A stretch of DNA of 64,000 nucleotides, from the NCBI GenBank assembly GCA_965209055.1, contig OZ242374.1:896001-960000 (forward strand). Reading direction: 5' to 3'. The DNA is from Acidobacteriota bacterium (GTDB lineage: Bacteria > Acidobacteriota > UBA6911 > RPQK01 > JAJDTT01). The position numbers were made by a program, and so were the translations under genes. Position 1 is the first letter of the stretch. Each line of letters starts with the position of its first letter. Below are positions 58,663 through 64,000 of the stretch, one piece after another. The notes under the pieces are model-generated. The model saw nothing but the letters and a program-made list of their open reading frames with translations. It ran no database searches and was not told where the DNA came from.

Positions 58663-58734
58663 CTCCTTCGGCCCCCCGGCCCGAGTCTGAAGCCGGGACA
58701 ACCGGCAGGGCCGCCCCCGCGGATGTCAACCGTC

Positions 58735-59850
58735 TCAATCCGGACACGGGCAGGCCAGGGTGCTCAGGCTCTGCGAGAGGTCGGGACTCATGGGGATGGG
58801 GACGACTCCGAATCCGGAAGTCTGCATTCGCGAGAAACGGGCGTCCCGCGCCAGCACCAGGACGCGGTCCGGTTCCGGTTTCACGTCGTAGAAGGTGAAG
58901 CGGCCGAAAGCCTTCATCACCCGCCCGGGACAAGTGTCCAGCGCCGCTTGGACGGCCTGGTGATCCAGGCGCCTCCGGTAGGCCTGGTGTCCCTCGAGCC
59001 GGCCGCCGCCCAGGGACGCTCTCCAGATGCGGACCCGTTTTCGATCCTGCCACAGGATCTCCCAGCTCAAGGGATTGGCCAAACGGGGCAAAGCGGCCAG
59101 AGCTTCGGTTTGGACCTGCGGATGTTCCCGAGCGATCTCCGGGGCCGCTCCCGTCAGCGTCACGGTTCGGGAGATGAGCAGCAAACCCCAATAGACCGCG
59201 ACTCCGGCCAAAGCCCAGAGATTCAGGGAGCGGCTCCAAACCGCCCGCCGTTGCTTGAGAGCCAGGATCAACGCCAGAGCCGAAAAGAAAACAACCGCCA
59301 CCACCGGACCGTCCGGGCGGGCCTCGGCGTTCCTTGCCACCAGGAAAGACATGAAGACCACAACCGCGATCCAAACCGGACGCGTCACACGCGTCCTTTG
59401 GGCGGTCAGGAAGACGGCGCCGCCCAGGATCAACCAGAGGTAGGGATCCACGATGTAGACCAGGTCGCCGTAATACCACTTCCCGGAAAAGGGCAGCCAG
59501 GGACGGATGCCGTAGGAATTGGTCAAGTCCAGCAGGGGATGGCTGACCAGGGTCAGGGTGACGCTGGCCAGGAGCGGGCCGAATGGAAATGCCTTGTCCC
59601 CGGATCGGAACCGAGCCAGAAACTTGAGCAGCAGAGAGAACAACAGGGCCAGCGCCAGGACGCCCAACACCGAATGGGTCACTCCCCGGTGGTGGTGAAG
59701 ATAGTAGAGCGGCCCCCACCCGCTCACGACGATATCGGCGTCCGGCAGGTTGGCGGCCACGACGAGGGAGACGGTGCCGTAGGGAGTCATTCGTCCCAGC
59801 CCCGCCCGGGAAAGAGCCACTCCGACGAGGGAATGAGTCAAGTTTTCCAT
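58735..59850 (-). CDS. YdjM-like membrane metal-dependent hydrolase
   Basis: LTHSL, NLPDAD, HRGVTHS, SHPLLDLTNSYG. Confidence 0.9.
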   Translation of the reverse strand: MENLTHSLVGVALSRAGLGRMTPYGTVSLVVAANLPDADIVVSGWGPLYYLHHHRGVTHSVLGVLALALLFSLLLKFLARFRSGDKAFPFGPLLASVTLTLVSHPLLDLTNSYGIRPWLPFSGKWYYGDLVYIVDPYLWLILGGAVFLTAQRTRVTRPVWIAVVVFMSFLVARNAEARPDGPVVAVVFFSALALILALKQRRAVWSRSLNLWALAGVAVYWGLLLISRTVTLTGAAPEIAREHPQVQTEALAALPRLANPLSWEILWQDRKRVRIWRASLGGGRLEGHQAYRRRLDHQAVQAALDTCPGRVMKAFGRFTFYDVKPEPDRVLVLARDARFSRMQTSGFGVVPIPMSPDLSQSLSTLACPCPD

Positions 59851-60003
59851 GCCGCGCCTATTCTAACCGCGTAATCGACTCGGACTAGCCTCGAAGCTGG
59901 GGAAACGGAAGGGTCGCAGGTGTTAGAATCCGGCCGTTGGACGCGCCCCGGCGGTGACCATGGCCAGAATCCTGTTCCCCACCCAGACTGGAGAATTGCC
60001 GGA

Positions 60004-60831
60004 ATGACCCCTGAAGAGACCTACCTCTTTGACCTGAACGGCTACCTCATATTGCGGAATGTTCTCCCCCCGAGTCTCGTGAATGATTTGAACCGGGAAC
60101 TGGACAAGCTGGAAGCCCTGTCCGACACCGAGATCCGCGCCAAGGGGCTGACCCGGAGCTACTATCCCGACGAACCGGACGGCTCGACCGGGTGCCGCGA
60201 TTATTCCTGCACCCTGCTCAAACACGGGGGAGTCTTCGAGCAGCTCATCGATTGGCCCGCGGTGCTGCCCTACATGGAGGCCATGATCTCGGTCCCGATC
60301 CGGATTGACGCTCTCCACCTCCTGTCCCGTTGCCCCGGCCGGGCCACCGTCTTTCACCACGGTTACTCGGAGCTCCTCTCCTACAGCGAATTCGCCTGCA
60401 ACCGGAGCCGCTTCGAATGCGTGAGCGTCAAGGTGGGTTACGCCCTGACGGACGTGGACGTGCACGAGGGGGCGTTTGCCGTGATTCCGGGAAGCCACAA
60501 GGGCAACTATGCCAGCCCCCAACACCTGGAGAACCCCGATGAGAACCACCCCCTGGTGCAGACCTGTCCCTGCCGGGCGGGTGACGCGGTCATCTTCTCG
60601 GAGGACCTGACCCACGGCGCCGTGCAGAACCGGAGCCGAAAGATCCGGCGCACCATCTTCGCGTCCTATGCGCCCTCGTTCCAGGCGGCCTGGGACGATC
60701 AGATCGAGACCGCGCCCGGTTTCCAGGAGCGGGCCACACCCCGGCAACTGGAACTGGTGCAGGGACCGCCGCCCTTCGATTCGGCGCCGGGTTTCAACCT
60801 GTCCCCTTTTCGAGCCTCCGAATCCGGGTAG
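60004..60831 (+). CDS. PhyH-like Fe(II)/2OG oxygenase-fold protein (HxG motif)
   Basis: FDLNGYLIL, FHHG, VIPGSHK, AGDAVIFSEDLTHG, RR. Confidence 0.85.
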   Translation: MTPEETYLFDLNGYLILRNVLPPSLVNDLNRELDKLEALSDTEIRAKGLTRSYYPDEPDGSTGCRDYSCTLLKHGGVFEQLIDWPAVLPYMEAMISVPIRIDALHLLSRCPGRATVFHHGYSELLSYSEFACNRSRFECVSVKVGYALTDVDVHEGAFAVIPGSHKGNYASPQHLENPDENHPLVQTCPCRAGDAVIFSEDLTHGAVQNRSRKIRRTIFASYAPSFQAAWDDQIETAPGFQERATPRQLELVQGPPPFDSAPGFNLSPFRASESG

Positions 60832-60845
60832 CCGAACGGGAAGTC

Positions 60846-61673
60846 ATGGTCGAAAAGAGGCTCTATCAGCAGCGAGAGGAAGAGAAGGACATCCGGCCCT
60901 TTCAGACCGGGACCGGGATCGAGTATCTCACGGACGAAGACCGATACGGATTCGACATCACCGGCTACCTGGTTCTGGAAGATTTTCTGACCGCCGCGCA
61001 GGTTGGAGAAGCCACACGGCAACTCCAGGGCGGCCTCGCCGGCCCTCCGGACCACGTGACGCTGCGCCGCAACGGTCCCGAAGTCGAGCTGCTCAACGTC
61101 GTCGAGTGCGGCGGGATCCTGGAACAGGCGTTCGTCCACGAGCGGCTGGTCGACGCCATGCAGCAGCTCATCTGGGGAGATCAGATCCGCCTCGTCTCAT
61201 CCCGCGCCATCGTTCGCGAACCCGGAATCTCGGGACACATTTCTCAGGGCGGCCTCGCCGACCCCCGTCGCTACACCCGTTACCGCTGTTTCATCGACGG
61301 AGAATTCCGCTGCCTGCTGGTCTCCTGCCTGATTGCCCTCAACGACACCGGGAGCGGGGACGGTTCCTTTTCCGTCATCCCCTCCAGCCACAAGAGCAAC
61401 TTCCCCCATCCCTACGGGGGGCGTCCTCCCGAGAGCGTTGCGGCACTGAACGACCTCCCCCTGGCGGCGGGCTCCGCCGTGATCTTCAGCGAGAGCATTT
61501 CCCACTGCATGAAGAGGTCCCGAACGGAATCCAAGCTCTGGCTTCTGTATCAGTACGGTCCCTCCTACATGGTGGACTGGCCGGGCTGCGAGGCCTCGCC
61601 CGAGCTGATGCGGAGGGCGGCGGCCGACGAGACCAAGGCCCGTCTTCTGCGAAAACCGTACTATCATCCCTGA
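60846..61673 (+). CDS. Second PhyH-like protein with degenerate active site
   Basis: FDITGYLVL, IPSSHKSNF, AGSAVIFSESISH; proximal His position reads SQGG. Confidence 0.8.
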   Translation: MVEKRLYQQREEEKDIRPFQTGTGIEYLTDEDRYGFDITGYLVLEDFLTAAQVGEATRQLQGGLAGPPDHVTLRRNGPEVELLNVVECGGILEQAFVHERLVDAMQQLIWGDQIRLVSSRAIVREPGISGHISQGGLADPRRYTRYRCFIDGEFRCLLVSCLIALNDTGSGDGSFSVIPSSHKSNFPHPYGGRPPESVAALNDLPLAAGSAVIFSESISHCMKRSRTESKLWLLYQYGPSYMVDWPGCEASPELMRRAAADETKARLLRKPYYHP

Positions 61674-61694
61674 CTCCTGCAGGAAATCGATCTC

Positions 61695-62735
61695 ATGAAA
61701 GCCGTCTTGATCCATCGACATGGAACCCTGGACCAGGTTCGCATCGACGAGGTCCCCACCCCCCGGGCCCGGGGAGGCGAGGTGCTGGTCCAGACCCGTG
61801 CCGCCGCCCTGAACCATCTGGACCTGTTCGTCCTGGAGGGCATCCCGGGCATCAAGCAGCAGTTGCCCCACGTGTTGGGCTCGGATGCCGCGGGAGTGGT
61901 CCGACAACTGGGCGCCGGCGTAGAGGGTCTTCAAGTTGGGGACCGGGTCATGCTCAACCCCGGGATCTGGTGTACGGATTGCGAGTTCTGCCGAGCCGGA
62001 GAGCAGAGCCTCTGCGTGCGCTACGGCCTGGTGGGAGAACATGGCCCCGGGGTCTATTCCGAGTATTTCGCGGCCCCGGCCCGCAACCTGGTCCGGATAC
62101 CCGATGGCGTGACCTTCGAGGAAGCGGCGGCGTTCTCGCTGGTGAATCTGACCGCCTGGAGAATGGTCTGCACCCGGGGCCGGCTCAGACCGGGGGAGGA
62201 CGTCTTCATTCACGGGATCGGAGGAGGCGTCGCCACAGCCGCCCTGGCCATCGCAAAGCTGTCGGGGGCGCGCGTCTGGGTCAGTTCCTCGTCACAGGAA
62301 AAGCTCGACCTGGCTCGCCGCATGGGGGCCGATTTCTGCTATGACTACACCCAATGCGACGTGGCCCGGGAGGTTTTCCGGGCTACGAATCGGCGCGGCA
62401 TCGACCTGGTGGTGGAGGGCCCCGGCGCATCGACTTGGCTCCAGAGCCTCAAGATGGCCCGAAAAGGAGGCAGGATCGTCACCTGCGGCGCAACCACCGG
62501 ACCCAACCCGGCCACCGAGATCCGTCTCATCTTCTGGAAGCAGATCGACATCCTCGGCTCCACCATGGGCAACCGGAACGAGTTTGCCGAGATCGTACGT
62601 TTGCTGGGCCGGAGAAGGCTCCTTCCCTGTATCGACCGGGTCTTCGACTTCGAAGACGCCACCGCCGCCCTGGAGCGCCTGCAGTCTCAACGCCAGTTCG
62701 GCAAGGTGGTGCTTCGCTTCCGCGATCCGTCGTGA
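61695..62735 (+). CDS. Zinc-binding MDR dehydrogenase / quinone oxidoreductase
   Basis: LNHLD, GSDAAG, CTDCEFC..C, GIGGGVA, CGATTG, FGKVVL. Confidence 0.92.
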   Translation: MKAVLIHRHGTLDQVRIDEVPTPRARGGEVLVQTRAAALNHLDLFVLEGIPGIKQQLPHVLGSDAAGVVRQLGAGVEGLQVGDRVMLNPGIWCTDCEFCRAGEQSLCVRYGLVGEHGPGVYSEYFAAPARNLVRIPDGVTFEEAAAFSLVNLTAWRMVCTRGRLRPGEDVFIHGIGGGVATAALAIAKLSGARVWVSSSSQEKLDLARRMGADFCYDYTQCDVAREVFRATNRRGIDLVVEGPGASTWLQSLKMARKGGRIVTCGATTGPNPATEIRLIFWKQIDILGSTMGNRNEFAEIVRLLGRRRLLPCIDRVFDFEDATAALERLQSQRQFGKVVLRFRDPS

Positions 62736-62744
62736 CACTCGAAG

Positions 62745-62770
62745 AGGACACCCACAAGGGGTGTCCTGAC
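62745..62770. repeat. Palindrome resembling a GTAG-type REP
   Basis: AGGACACCC-ACAAG-GGGTGTCCT-GAC hairpin after the MDR stop codon. Confidence 0.5.
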
Positions 62771-62810
62771 GTTGGGTTCCTCTTCTCAAAAGCTCCCCCA
62801 CCGGCCGGGA

Positions 62811-62900
62811 GAAAAAGGAAAGGAGCGGCGGTTTCCTAACCGCCGAACTCCCGTGTGACAGACTGGGCGACGAAGACCGGGCGATTGGAAATCGCCTTCC
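62811..62900. repeat. REPIN-like doublet (copy 2)
   Basis: Near-identical to 10256-10346, including the spacer GTGTGACA..GGCGACGAAGAC. Confidence 0.85.
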
Positions 62901-62906
62901 ACATTC

Positions 62907-63938
62907 TCAAAAGGTCTGGGTGAGGAATGCGAGCGTCTCCTCCAGGTGCGCCGCCACCAGTTCCCAGCCGTGCGGCTCCCCTTCGAAGATCATGCACTGG
63001 TGGGAGATCCCACGCTGGTCCAGGATCCGCGCCAGCGACTTGATGCCATGCTCCATGGGGAAACGCCGGTTATAGCGGTCGGCGGTGCCGTAGGAGAAGT
63101 AGAGATTCAATCCGGCCAGGGAGGCGCTTCGGGCCAGTTCTTCCAAGCTGTTCTGCTTCCAGTAGTCCTGGTCCATCGGATCGCCGAAGGCCTTTTCAAC
63201 CAGACGCAGAAAATAGGTGGAACTTCGGGAGGGGTTGGATCGGAGGACCTCGAAGGGGTCCTCGCCCAGAAAGACGATGGGTGAGACGCCGGCGGCCGAG
63301 GCATAGAGACCGGGGTGCTTCATGGCGATCTTGAGAGCTCCGTAAGCTCCCATGGAGACGCCTCCGATGGCGCGTCCCCCGGCGTCGGTTCGAACCCTGT
63401 ACCGCCCCTGAATCGCCTGTAAGAGATCGTTTCGTATGTAGGTCTCGTAGTTGCCGGTCCCGTCGGGAGAATCCGTGTAGAGGCTGTTCTGACCGTCGGG
63501 ATGGACCATGACGAAGTGGGGCAGTTTCCCCTGGCTCATGAGAAGGTCGATGCGGGCCGGAAGATCCCCGTAGCGCGGCGTCGCCCAGCTCGTATGGTCG
63601 TTGTTCAATCCGTGAAGAAAGTAGACGATGGGAAATCTCCGGTCCGATTCCTCATCGTAGCTGGGCGGAAGCAGGACGCTGTAATCCGCATTCATCCCCA
63701 AGGCGGACGATGGAAAGCTTCGAAATTCCATCCTTGATTTGTTGGGGAGGGTGAGGTCGACCGGGTTTTCCAACCGCCGGGGAGGCCCCCTGCGCTGGGC
63801 TTCGAGCGCGATGCAGACCAGAAGGAAACCCATCGAGCAGAGCGCGCCCAGGAGGAACGGCCGCGATCGTGCGCCGATTCGAAGACGGGTCATTTGCACC
63901 AGCATCGATGTTCCCAGTCTGCAATCACGTTTCACCAT
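62907..63938 (-). CDS. Exported putative esterase (S-formylglutathione hydrolase-like alpha/beta fold)
   Basis: LLPPSY, YFLHG, GVSMG, YGTAD, HGW; start uncertain. Confidence 0.88.
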   Translation of the reverse strand: MVKRDCRLGTSMLVQMTRLRIGARSRPFLLGALCSMGFLLVCIALEAQRRGPPRRLENPVDLTLPNKSRMEFRSFPSSALGMNADYSVLLPPSYDEESDRRFPIVYFLHGLNNDHTSWATPRYGDLPARIDLLMSQGKLPHFVMVHPDGQNSLYTDSPDGTGNYETYIRNDLLQAIQGRYRVRTDAGGRAIGGVSMGAYGALKIAMKHPGLYASAAGVSPIVFLGEDPFEVLRSNPSRSSTYFLRLVEKAFGDPMDQDYWKQNSLEELARSASLAGLNLYFSYGTADRYNRRFPMEHGIKSLARILDQRGISHQCMIFEGEPHGWELVAAHLEETLAFLTQTF

Positions 63939-64000
63939 CTTACCAGCCGGTCTGAAAATGGGGAGCCGATGCAGGGAGACTTGGACGGATCAATATTCAG

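Overview
GC-rich bacterial chromosomal window, most likely Acidobacteriota: it has an Acidobacterial-type VWFA protein, CarboxypepD_reg-type TonB-dependent receptors and many secreted hypothetical proteins. About 57 genes can be supported. They cover uptake and catabolism (TBDRs, GGT, SSS symporter, sulfatase, BNR protein, LamG/Ig, FG-GAP, M6 protease) and core functions (2-oxoacid dehydrogenase E1a/E1b/E2, EtfBA, Mrp/ApbC, DnaC-like ATPase, PduO, TrmJ, HPF). There is also a HigBA-type toxin-antitoxin pair, a stand-alone HEPN protein and a sulfite/nitrite reductase with a HEPN-like C-terminal extension. I saw no tRNA, rRNA, CRISPR array, integrase or transposase. Non-coding signals read directly from the DNA: a 158-bp MITE-like element with CTAG flanks (32009-32166), a family of GGAG-type REP/REPIN palindromes at four loci (one now encodes a protein C-terminus), several apparently leaderless genes, and a nonsense codon in a Tat signal peptide. 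The best candidates for undescribed biochemistry are a tandem PhyH-like pair (an HxG halogenase-type motif plus a degenerate partner), a single-domain HPPD-like protein, an M24-fold protein with a rewired metal site, the reductase-HEPN cluster and a secreted PEGA plus duplicated-paralog trio. All functional calls come from motif recognition by eye; no database searches were run.
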